Shown here: positions 1 to 8,437 of the stretch, piece after piece
Position numbering within the stretch: the stretch's first letter is position 1
Layout: every line of letters begins with the position of its first letter
Source of the DNA: Acidobacteriota bacterium
GTDB taxonomy: Bacteria; Acidobacteriota; Blastocatellia; Pyrinomonadales; Pyrinomonadaceae
Reading direction: 5' to 3'
DNA length: 64,000 nucleotides
NCBI GenBank assembly: GCA_029557535.1
Contig: JAKQII010000069.1
Span: forward strand, 2,861 to 66,860
Program-made: the position numbers and the translations under genes
The notes under the pieces: model-generated
What the model was told of the DNA's origin: nothing
The model's database searches: none
The model's input: the letters and a program-made list of their open reading frames with translations, nothing else

Positions 1-758
1 TGCTCATCTTCGGTGTTCACGTGCACGTCGGGATCCGCGATCTGGACCGGCGCATCCATATCATGAACGCCGCGCGGTATTTTCTGCCGCACGTTCTGGC
101 GATGACGACATCGTCCCCGTTCTGGTTGGGATTCAACACGGGGCTCAAATCGTATCGTTCGGAGGTCTTCAAGAAGTTTCCGCGAACTGACATTCCCGAT
201 CATTTCGAGTCGTTCCAGCAGTTCCAGAGCTACGTCGATCTGCTGATCAAGATGAACTGCATCCAGGACGGAACAAAGATCTGGTGGGACGTGCGGCCGC
301 ATTCGAAGTTCCCGACGCTCGAGTTCCGGATCTGCGACATCCCGACGCGGGTCGACGATACGATCGCGGTTGCCGCGCTCTTTCAGGCGATCTGCGCGAA
401 GCTGACCGTCCTGATCGACAAGAATCTGGGATTCCGCCTTTACCATCGGCGGCTGATCCAGGAGAACAAGTGGCGCGCGATCCGTTACGGTCTCGATGGA
501 AAACTGCTCGACCTCGGAAAGCAAAAGGAAGTGCCGGTCAAGGATCTGATCCGGGAGCTTCTCGATTTCGTCGACGACGTTGTCGACGAGCTTGATTCTC
601 GAAAGGAGATCGAGCATGTCCACACGATCCTCGAACGCGGCACGTCCGCCGACGAACAACTGAAGGTCTACGAGGAAAGCGGTCACGACTTCAACGCCGT
701 CGTTGATATGCTGATCAAAAATACGATGGAGAATGTACCGGAAAGATGCTTTGATTAG
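1..758 (+). CDS. ybdK: carboxylate-amine ligase, YbdK / glutamate-cysteine ligase family 2 (5' end outside window)
   Basis: The frame is open from the window edge. Blocks ARYFLPHVLAMTTSSPFW, KSYRSEVFKKFPRTDIP and WWDVRPHSKFPTLEFRICD fit my recollection of GCS2/YbdK proteins. A strong terminator follows. Confidence 0.8.
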   Translation, partial: LIFGVHVHVGIRDLDRRIHIMNAARYFLPHVLAMTTSSPFWLGFNTGLKSYRSEVFKKFPRTDIPDHFESFQQFQSYVDLLIKMNCIQDGTKIWWDVRPHSKFPTLEFRICDIPTRVDDTIAVAALFQAICAKLTVLIDKNLGFRLYHRRLIQENKWRAIRYGLDGKLLDLGKQKEVPVKDLIRELLDFVDDVVDELDSRKEIEHVHTILERGTSADEQLKVYEESGHDFNAVVDMLIKNTMENVPERCFD

Positions 759-783
759 GCCCCCCTCAATCTGATCGACACCC

Positions 784-816
784 GACCGAATCGATTTTTC
801 GATTCGGTCTTTGTTG
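784..816 (+). terminator. rho-independent terminator after the ybdK-like gene
   Basis: Perfect 11-bp stem GACCGAATCGA-TTTT-TCGATTCGGTC (784-809) followed by TTTGTTGTG. Confidence 0.75.
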
Positions 817-849
817 TGTCATGTCGTGTTCAACAAGGTTAAAAAAGGC

Positions 850-880
850 TTGACACGATACAACACTACGTGTGCATAAT
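850..880 (+). promoter_or_regulatory. candidate sigma70-type promoter of the pilin operon
   Basis: TTGACA at 850-855. TGCATA follows after 17 nt, or CATAAT (875-880) after 19 nt. The site is about 35 nt upstream of the ATG at 914. Confidence 0.4.
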
Positions 881-913
881 CTTATGTGGCCTTTATGTTC
901 GGCTACTTCAATT

Positions 914-1552
914 ATGCGCAACAATTACGGGTTTTCGATAATCGAGTTGCTGGTCGTGCTAGTGGTCGTGGGCGTGCTTGCCGCAATGGCCGTTTTCGCG
1001 GCTGCTAACTTATGGAAATATGATACCGATAATCAGGCGCGGAAGATAATTGACCTTTGCGACGAGGCGCGACAGAAGGCGCTTAACCAACGAACGACCT
1101 ATCGTGTAGAGATCAACAAGACCCGCAACCGGCTTCTATTGATCAACGAGAATTCGGCCGACACTTCGAATGACGACCTGATCGTCAAGAGCGAACCGCT
1201 CGTCGGAGGCGTCACGGTGGCCGTCAAACCGGATAATGTTACAGATGGACCGACAATGACGTCCCCGGTGCCGCAGGCACAGTTCCGCTCGTCCGCATAC
1301 CCATTGACGAGCGGCGACCAGAAGATAACGATGCGTTTCCGGCGCAACGGACAGGTCGTTGATGAAGGCACCGACGGAATTGGAACGAACAGTATCGTTT
1401 CCGGTGCGACGATCTATTTGTTCGCCTCTCGGGAAGGCCAATCTTCGCCCACCGACATCCGCGCGGTGACCGTGCTCGGGACAACTGGAGACACTTCGCT
1501 TTTCTCGTGCAAATTTGATTCATACAACCGTTGCCTAGTCTGGAAGAAGTAG
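914..1552 (+). CDS. prepilin-type minor pilin / pseudopilin, FimT-GspH-like
   Basis: Short leader MRNNYG followed by FSIIELLVVLVVVGVLAAMAV (class III signal peptide with Glu5). I chose the ATG at 914 rather than the GTG at 872 in the ORF track to give a typical 6-aa leader. Confidence 0.75.
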   Translation: MRNNYGFSIIELLVVLVVVGVLAAMAVFAAANLWKYDTDNQARKIIDLCDEARQKALNQRTTYRVEINKTRNRLLLINENSADTSNDDLIVKSEPLVGGVTVAVKPDNVTDGPTMTSPVPQAQFRSSAYPLTSGDQKITMRFRRNGQVVDEGTDGIGTNSIVSGATIYLFASREGQSSPTDIRAVTVLGTTGDTSLFSCKFDSYNRCLVWKK

Positions 1553-1560
1553 GAAGATCG

Positions 1561-2121
1561 ATGAAAATCAATGAGTCTGAACAAGGTTTCTCCCTGATTG
1601 AAACGATTATTGCTCTAGTGATCCTTCTTATCGGCATCATGGCGACATTGTCGGCCATGACCTATGCCGTGTTTTCGGTGCAAGAGTCGGAGAAACGAAC
1701 GGTCTCCAAAGAAGTCGTGCGATCGACGATGGAGACAGTTTTCTCCGTTCGGGACCTCTTGGCTTTTGACGCCGGTGATTCGGGCGGCACTTACAACTGG
1801 AACGCACTTCAGAATTCCATCGGAAACAACGGCGGAGTTTTCATGACCGAATGGCGACCGGTCCGCCAGAGTCCGGGAGACGATGGAATTTTCGGAACCG
1901 CCGATGACGCCTGTGACGCGATTGCATCGTGTGTGGTCAACGGTACGACAAACAGCAGCCCGGTTGTTCCTGGTATCGAAAGAAAGATCTTAGTGACCGA
2001 CATCGTCGAAAACGGCGCAGTTAGAAAACGCCACATCGAGGTTAAGGTCCGATATTTTGTCGGGCGGATCGCTCGCGAAGAGACTCAATCGACGATTATT
2101 GCCAAACTCCCAGTAAGTTGA
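1561..2121 (+). CDS. prepilin-type minor pilin, PilV/GspI-like
   Basis: MKINESEQG then FSLIETIIALVILLIGIMATL N-methylation motif. AGGAAG lies upstream of the ATG at 1561. Confidence 0.7.
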   Translation: MKINESEQGFSLIETIIALVILLIGIMATLSAMTYAVFSVQESEKRTVSKEVVRSTMETVFSVRDLLAFDAGDSGGTYNWNALQNSIGNNGGVFMTEWRPVRQSPGDDGIFGTADDACDAIASCVVNGTTNSSPVVPGIERKILVTDIVENGAVRKRHIEVKVRYFVGRIAREETQSTIIAKLPVS

Positions 2122-2123
2122 TT

Positions 2124-3170
2124 ATGCGAACGAGAAATGCCAAATGGCTGAGCAATTCAGGGGGGTTCACATTGGTCGAACTCCTGATCTCGATGACCGT
2201 GTTCCTGATCGCGATCGGAGCGGTTTTCGCCGCGGCTCAGTTGGCAACGGTTCAACGCAGCGTTGTCAATTCACGCCTTGACCAGATTCGCAGCGGCCGC
2301 ATTGCCCTCGAATATCTTCGGCGTGACGCGATTAATGCGGGACTTGGCTATCATCGCACGGGTGGAAATGCTCCCGATGATTTCGCTCGGGGCCTTTTCG
2401 CGATGAAGTACGACGTTGATACCGAGCGGGATCTGATGACCGCGATCATGGCCGGTAACGAGATCAACACAAACAATCGGAACTTCACCGAGATGACGGA
2501 TGAAGTTGCGTTTGTTTCTCGCGACCTGTCATTTAACAACGGGCTGCTGGTCAATTATACGTCGGCGACCGCGAGCGGATCTTCGGTTCGGATCAATACG
2601 GCCTCAGGCGGCACGGCGAATTGCAGACAATACGACGTGTACCTATTCGAATCCTCATCGGGTACAACGCAAGTGATCGGAACGGCAACTTCGGTACCGA
2701 ACACATCGTCGATCCTTCTCGCTCCCGGTTCGGCCGATCCGCTCGGCCTTAACCAGGCGGCCAACGGGACCGGAGAAGCCCTCAGCATGCTGATGTCGTC
2801 GACCGGCGGCGGCACCATCAAACGCGTGAACATCGTCAGTTACGGCGTGACGCCGGAAGGCGTCTTGGTAAGAAAGACGTACGGGAACAAGCCCGGAAGT
2901 TCGGCTTCGGAACAAATCGAAACGCGCGAATTGGTTTACAACGTCAGCGGTTTCCAGATTCGCTATTTCATGGAGGACGGAACCACCGTGGACGATCCTG
3001 CGCTCGATAACAGCGGTCGGGAGAATCAGATCAAAATGAACTCCGTGGTCCAGATTCAGGTGACGATCACGATCGCAGGTGACCCGACGGCGTCATCAAG
3101 CGTTGCAAGAAGTCCTGTTTCTCTAAACGAGTTCATCAGTACGAAGAATTTACGTTATGAATCAAGCTAA
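2124..3170 (+). CDS. prepilin-type minor pilin, PilW/GspJ-like
   Basis: ...SNSGG then FTLVELLISMTVFLIAIGAVF. The ATG at 2124 follows immediately after the stop of the previous gene (2119-2121). Confidence 0.7.
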   Translation: MRTRNAKWLSNSGGFTLVELLISMTVFLIAIGAVFAAAQLATVQRSVVNSRLDQIRSGRIALEYLRRDAINAGLGYHRTGGNAPDDFARGLFAMKYDVDTERDLMTAIMAGNEINTNNRNFTEMTDEVAFVSRDLSFNNGLLVNYTSATASGSSVRINTASGGTANCRQYDVYLFESSSGTTQVIGTATSVPNTSSILLAPGSADPLGLNQAANGTGEALSMLMSSTGGGTIKRVNIVSYGVTPEGVLVRKTYGNKPGSSASEQIETRELVYNVSGFQIRYFMEDGTTVDDPALDNSGRENQIKMNSVVQIQVTITIAGDPTASSSVARSPVSLNEFISTKNLRYESS

Positions 3171-5991
3171 GTACGAACAACCGATTGCGAATCGTCGAAA
3201 GCAGCTCGTCGGTCGTCAGAGCGAACGCGGCGTGAGCCTTGCCATTACCTTGATGGTGATGGCTCTTTTGCTCGGACTTGCGGCCGTAGCGCTGACCCGC
3301 ACGGTTGCCGAGACCCAGATAACGTCCAACGACACCGCGGAAAGTCATGTTTTCAACGCCGCCGAAGCCGCCCTTGAGGACGCGACACGCGACTTCGCGA
3401 CCGTCGTGGAAAACAGGCTGATTCCGACCACGCAGGATATTTCGAACATTCAAAACAAGCCGGTTCCCTACTTCTCGGATCAGGGTTACGCGTTCACCAA
3501 GCGGCTTACCCAGCTGCGCGACGCCCAAGTTGTCACCCAAACGAAAGGCCAGTATCAAGGTCTCATCAGCCTGCGCGATGAGTGGCAGATCGACGTCACG
3601 GCAAAGAACATAGCGACCGGCGTCGAAACTCAGGTTCGCCGGCGGTTTTTCAACGACCGCATTCCGATCTTTCAGTTCGGCGCGTTCTATCAGGATGACC
3701 TTGAGGTAACCAACCCGCCGACGTTCCTGATGAACGGCCGGGTTCACACTAACGGAAACTTCTTCGTCCATTCGAACGGCAATGACATTCGATTCAAGTC
3801 GAAGATCACGATCGGCGGCGAGTTGATTCGCGACATTTGGAAGAACGGGGCGTCACAGACCTCGTCGGAAAAGAGCGCCGCGGTCTATGCCCAGAACACG
3901 CTCAATGTTGATACCCAACTTCCTAATAACCGGGGAAGCGTAACCTGCGCCCAAGGGTCGGGCGGGATCCTAAGGGACAACACCGGCCGCAATTTCCCGT
4001 ATCCCCGGTGTGTCAAGAACACGAACTGGCCGACCTTTTCGAAGAGCTTTGAAGGGAATGTTGTGACGAATGCAAAGCAGTTGACGCTTCCACTTGACCG
4101 CCTTCCGGCGCCCCTGATCGAAATGATCCGGCGCGGAAAAAACATCGGCGACATGGAAAACGTCGGCGGCAGCGTCACGGCCGTCACATCGGGCCGGGAC
4201 GAGCAGGGAATTCTCTCGCGTGAGCGATATGCCAACAAAGAAGGAATCAGGATCAGTCTCGCGGATTCACGCGACCGCTTGCCCCAATGCGCCGGCGTTC
4301 CGATCACGACGGATTGTGGTGTTCGTCTTGACGGACCCTTCGGGTCTTCGCTCGGATATCAGCCACGCGTGATGACCGACGGCTATCAAGCCACGCCGGT
4401 GAACGGGAATCGGCTCGCGGTCAATGGACGCGAGGTCTGGATAAAGGTTGAGCTCGTCACGTTCGACTACGACAACGAGCGTCCCATCACAGAGGACGTC
4501 ACGGAAGATATTCTGAGTCTCGGCGTCACCGAGCCGGTTGTGACAAGCTCGACCTCGAGCCTGTTGGTCAACGGGTACACGACGGCGACCGATGCACGTT
4601 CGATCATCAAGGTCCAGCGATTCGTCGTACCAGGGCCCGCGATACCCGCCAGTTCCCCGGCGTACGCGACGAGTTTCACGGTGAACTCAAAATCGCTGAA
4701 TCTCGTTACACGTTACAAAAGCGTCAAAACAACGGTTACCAATCCGGCAACACAGTGCACGGGAACTAACTGCACCGCGGATGATTCGTTTACGGCGTCA
4801 ATGAATAACTCGGGTACTTCATCGACGTCCACGGACGAATCCGCTCATTACAAGATTGCGTCGATCAACGGTACTGCGCAGGCGAACCGTTATGTTATCG
4901 TCCCGTTTCCCATTCAACTTCACGACACGCGCGAAGGAAATCGCGCGGACAGCACCTCCGGATTGAGCACCGGTCGCGTATACAAGAACGGCGTGATGAG
5001 CGTCATTGATATTGATGTTGCGAACTTCCGAAGTTTTCTGGCGGGCGCGTGGGACGGCAAACTGCCGACCGGCACACGCTGGGCCGCGAGTCATGGAAAC
5101 CAAAGCCTTCGAAGTACGAACATTCCGCAGAACCGCGGTTGGGTTGTGTATGTTTCGGACCGGAGGGGTGACAATAATTTCGACGGGCGTTATGACATGG
5201 AAGATGTTAATCCGGATGACAATTCCCTCATCGAGGAAGACATTGACAATGACGGTCGGATCGTGACGGATTACTCGAACGAGGCCCCAAATGCGGACTC
5301 GCAGGTTTACGCGAGTCAGGCCGCCGTGGCGGATCACTCGTTCTATCGGCGTGCGGTTCGCCTCATCAATGCCGCTACGCTTCCGGGGGTCTACGATTCG
5401 GCTGTCGCCGGGAACACCCGCGGCTTCACACTCGCATCGGAGAACCCGGTCTACGTTTGGGGAAATTACAACGCGACGTCCGTTACCGTAGCGGGCGGAA
5501 CGAATGTATCGACCTCGGATCGTTATTATCCGTACAACACGTCGCTTCACATTCCCGCGTCGGTCGTCTCCGATCTCGTGACGATTCTCTCGGGATCCTG
5601 GAACGACGGCGAAAGCTTCGCGTATCCGAATGCTCCCGGCAGTCGCGTCGCCTCGAACACAGTCGTCCGATTTGCCATGCTCGCCGGCGATCCGATCACC
5701 GGCTACTCGCCGAGTGCTGGTCTGACGGGCAATCAGAACGGAGGCTTGATCAACTTCCCTCGGTTTCTCGAAACCTGGTCGAGCAAACGCCTGAACTACG
5801 CGGGATCGTTCATTAATTTGTTCAATGCCTTCAACAGCAACGCTCGGCATAAGTGTTGCAATACCGTTTACACCCCTCCGACCCGTGACTGGACGTTTGA
5901 GGAATCATTCCGCGAACCGAGCCGACTACCTCCCGGAACTCCGTACGTTTACCTGATCTCGTTCACCGGCTTTGAACGGGTCAACGACTAG
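3157..5991 (+). CDS. large (944 aa) pilus-associated protein with a PilX-type N-terminal domain
   Basis: N-terminus ERGVSLAITLMVMALLLGLAAVALTRTVAETQITSNDTAESHVFNAAEAALEDA resembles the PilX_N/GspK-type hydrophobic helix without a cleavage Gly or Glu5. It overlaps the upstream gene by 14 nt. An Asp-rich DIDNDG loop lies at nt 5239-5256. Confidence 0.65.
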   Translation: MNQAKYEQPIANRRKQLVGRQSERGVSLAITLMVMALLLGLAAVALTRTVAETQITSNDTAESHVFNAAEAALEDATRDFATVVENRLIPTTQDISNIQNKPVPYFSDQGYAFTKRLTQLRDAQVVTQTKGQYQGLISLRDEWQIDVTAKNIATGVETQVRRRFFNDRIPIFQFGAFYQDDLEVTNPPTFLMNGRVHTNGNFFVHSNGNDIRFKSKITIGGELIRDIWKNGASQTSSEKSAAVYAQNTLNVDTQLPNNRGSVTCAQGSGGILRDNTGRNFPYPRCVKNTNWPTFSKSFEGNVVTNAKQLTLPLDRLPAPLIEMIRRGKNIGDMENVGGSVTAVTSGRDEQGILSRERYANKEGIRISLADSRDRLPQCAGVPITTDCGVRLDGPFGSSLGYQPRVMTDGYQATPVNGNRLAVNGREVWIKVELVTFDYDNERPITEDVTEDILSLGVTEPVVTSSTSSLLVNGYTTATDARSIIKVQRFVVPGPAIPASSPAYATSFTVNSKSLNLVTRYKSVKTTVTNPATQCTGTNCTADDSFTASMNNSGTSSTSTDESAHYKIASINGTAQANRYVIVPFPIQLHDTREGNRADSTSGLSTGRVYKNGVMSVIDIDVANFRSFLAGAWDGKLPTGTRWAASHGNQSLRSTNIPQNRGWVVYVSDRRGDNNFDGRYDMEDVNPDDNSLIEEDIDNDGRIVTDYSNEAPNADSQVYASQAAVADHSFYRRAVRLINAATLPGVYDSAVAGNTRGFTLASENPVYVWGNYNATSVTVAGGTNVSTSDRYYPYNTSLHIPASVVSDLVTILSGSWNDGESFAYPNAPGSRVASNTVVRFAMLAGDPITGYSPSAGLTGNQNGGLINFPRFLETWSSKRLNYAGSFINLFNAFNSNARHKCCNTVYTPPTRDWTFEESFREPSRLPPGTPYVYLISFTGFERVND

Positions 5992-6026
5992 CATTTTCAG
6001 AGAGTATTTGAACCAAAGCCCGAACA

Positions 6027-6048
6027 TGACCGCGCAGAAATGCGCGGT
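6027..6048. terminator. hairpin between convergent genes (possible bidirectional terminator)
   Basis: GACCGCGCA-GAAA-TGCGCGGTC, a 9-bp stem with a GAAA loop. The flanking T-tracts are weak. Confidence 0.5.
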
Positions 6049-6087
6049 CTATGTTGTTCAATATCGTTTGCAGGCGGCTGGCAAAGA

Positions 6088-8409
6088 TTAGTTCAGTTTC
6101 TTGATCGCCGGCGGCTCCTCCTCGACTTCTTCGGGCAATGCCGGAGCGCCGAACGCCGAATACAGATCCTGCGCTTCCGGATCCGCAATATCATTTCTGA
6201 CAAGCAGCATGAGGTCGACGCCGGGACGCAACGGATACGTTCCGACGAATTTGTACCGCGGCGCGTATTTCTCAATTACATCCGATTCCTGATCGACCAT
6301 CTTCGCAATGATCATCTCCGAGGCGTTGGCGTCAACGATCTTTCCGTGGAAGTTCGCGTGTTCGTAGTCGTTGAGATACCAGGGCATCGGCCAATAGTCC
6401 GTTGTGACGATCTCGATCGCCGCTTCCTTGCCTTTGCCGCTCTTCTCCGCATATCGGTTTACCTGATCGATCAGTTCGAGGAAACCGCGCTTGGTGTGCG
6501 CATAAATGTACGGCATTGAATCGTCGTCGTATCGGACAAAATTGATGTCGTAGGTTTGATAGGCGAGGATCGAACTTCCCAGAGCCGCGGCGATCATTCC
6601 CGCGACGCGGATCGATGCGACTCTTGACGCCAGCATTTCGTTGAGCGCGTAACCGGCGCCGATCGCCATCGGCAGCAGGAACGAAAGCGCGAGCCACGGC
6701 GTCTTGTACGGAATGATCGTGTATGCGGCGAATAGGCCGAAAGCCCAAAGCCCCGTGAACAGCCCGAAACGGTGGCGCGTCCGGACGAGCGCGATCAGCA
6801 GCCCAAGCGCCGATATGATCATTATCGGCGATTCGAGTTTCATGCCCCACTTCACGTATGCCAGAAAACCGTTCTGCGTGTGATCCGTATTTCCCGTTTT
6901 CGTCCAGATCGCGTACGCCTTGAACGCTCCCTGAAGCCCCTCGGGATAGGTGAAAAACGAGGAGAAGAACAGAGCTCCGAGGTAGAAGAACATGACGATG
7001 CTCGCCGCGATCATCAGGATCAGGTCGGCCGATAACTTGGCGGGTCGTTTCACCAGATAAGCGACGGTTGCGACCGCCGCCAGAAACACGCCGAACGCGA
7101 GGATCACGAAGTCGAAGTTCTCGAAGTCCAGTTTGCGCCACCCGATCATCGCGTCGCCGCGTTCGCCGTACGACATGATCATCGCGACGCCGATTCGCAC
7201 GAACGCCCAGATCACGAAAACCGCGATGGCCATGATGCCAGATTTCACGATCACGATCTCAACGAAACTCGATGCTTGGAGACGCTCCTCAAGACGTCCG
7301 AGCGTCAGCGAATCAGGTTCGTCCAGCTCCGAAGAATTCTCTCCGCGCCGAATCTCGACGAGATACATCACCCAGGCCGCGACCGCCGTCAGGACCAGCA
7401 CCACGATCCCGTAAAACACGGCCGTCTGGGTAGCTTGTTTGAGCGGGATGAACTCATCGTAGAGTCTCGACACGCCTTCCTTGATCTGTCCCGACATCGC
7501 AAGCGCGGCGAGCGTCACGACCACGGTCGCGCCCGTGCAGATCCCGAATTTCGAATTCCCGAACATCTCGCTGCCGGCCAACTTCTGCCAACCCCAGACG
7601 CAGCAAACCGCGATGACCATCGTGCCGATCGTGATGAAAGCCGTTTCCTTTGTCGCGAAAAGCAGGATCATCGACGCTGACGCGAGCAAAAGGTAGATAG
7701 GCTGTCCGTCGTTCCATGCCAAGAGCATTCTGGTCACGAATCCGACGAGCGCCAGTTCGACGACGGCGAACAGAATCCTCGCCGGCCAAAGCAGGGATGG
7801 CGCGCTCTTTCCGATCATCGAGGCGATGTTCAGTGTCGAAGGCAGGAAACAGATGATCAGCAGGAGAACGATACTCGCGATCGCGAAAACGCCGGCCTTG
7901 CGCCGGTCAAGGAAATAAACCATCGAGACGACGATCGCCAAACTGAAGAAAACAAAGAGGATCTCGTGAATGAAATACCGCGAAATGAACACCATTCCGG
8001 GTGAGAGCGCAAGGAACAGCGCGGCGAACAATGTCCCGGTCTTGCCGATGTAGCGCTTCAGCGCGAAGACCAGCACGACGGTCAGGACCCCGAACAGAGC
8101 AACGCTCGCACGGACGCTCCACGTGTTTAGTCCGAAAAGCTTCGAGAACGTAAGCGAGAGGTAATAGAGATCAGGCCCGTGATAATTCGCCGGATCGTAA
8201 TGGTACTCGCCTTTGCGAAACAGCGTCGTCAAGAAATAACCGTTGACGCCTTCGTCGTGGTGCAGCGGTTTCAGCTCGAGCCAGAAAAAGCGAAGGAAGG
8301 CCGCGATCGCGGCAACCAGGGCGCAACTTGCGACCCAAACATTGTCGCGTTCCGGCTTTCCGGCTTCATCGATCGCCGGCTCTGCAATTTCGATTTCCTC
8401 GTTTCCCAT
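6088..8409 (-). CDS. polytopic membrane protein, TIGR03663 / PMT_2-like (GT-C glycosyltransferase fold)
   Basis: 773 aa with many TM segments. The N-terminal block LKPLHHDEGVNGYF...YHYDPANYHGPDLYYL matches my recollection of the TIGR03663 family. Confidence 0.65.
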   Translation of the reverse strand: MGNEEIEIAEPAIDEAGKPERDNVWVASCALVAAIAAFLRFFWLELKPLHHDEGVNGYFLTTLFRKGEYHYDPANYHGPDLYYLSLTFSKLFGLNTWSVRASVALFGVLTVVLVFALKRYIGKTGTLFAALFLALSPGMVFISRYFIHEILFVFFSLAIVVSMVYFLDRRKAGVFAIASIVLLLIICFLPSTLNIASMIGKSAPSLLWPARILFAVVELALVGFVTRMLLAWNDGQPIYLLLASASMILLFATKETAFITIGTMVIAVCCVWGWQKLAGSEMFGNSKFGICTGATVVVTLAALAMSGQIKEGVSRLYDEFIPLKQATQTAVFYGIVVLVLTAVAAWVMYLVEIRRGENSSELDEPDSLTLGRLEERLQASSFVEIVIVKSGIMAIAVFVIWAFVRIGVAMIMSYGERGDAMIGWRKLDFENFDFVILAFGVFLAAVATVAYLVKRPAKLSADLILMIAASIVMFFYLGALFFSSFFTYPEGLQGAFKAYAIWTKTGNTDHTQNGFLAYVKWGMKLESPIMIISALGLLIALVRTRHRFGLFTGLWAFGLFAAYTIIPYKTPWLALSFLLPMAIGAGYALNEMLASRVASIRVAGMIAAALGSSILAYQTYDINFVRYDDDSMPYIYAHTKRGFLELIDQVNRYAEKSGKGKEAAIEIVTTDYWPMPWYLNDYEHANFHGKIVDANASEMIIAKMVDQESDVIEKYAPRYKFVGTYPLRPGVDLMLLVRNDIADPEAQDLYSAFGAPALPEEVEEEPPAIKKLN

Positions 8410-8437
8410 GGTTTGTTTCCGGGCGGACGCCGCGCGG

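Noticed and set aside
284-595. 103-aa ORF in an alternative frame inside the ybdK-like gene. Many similar 60-150-aa internal ORFs appear throughout the track.
   Set aside because: They are nested in other frames of well-supported genes, have an Arg/Pro/Ala-rich composition, and show no motifs.
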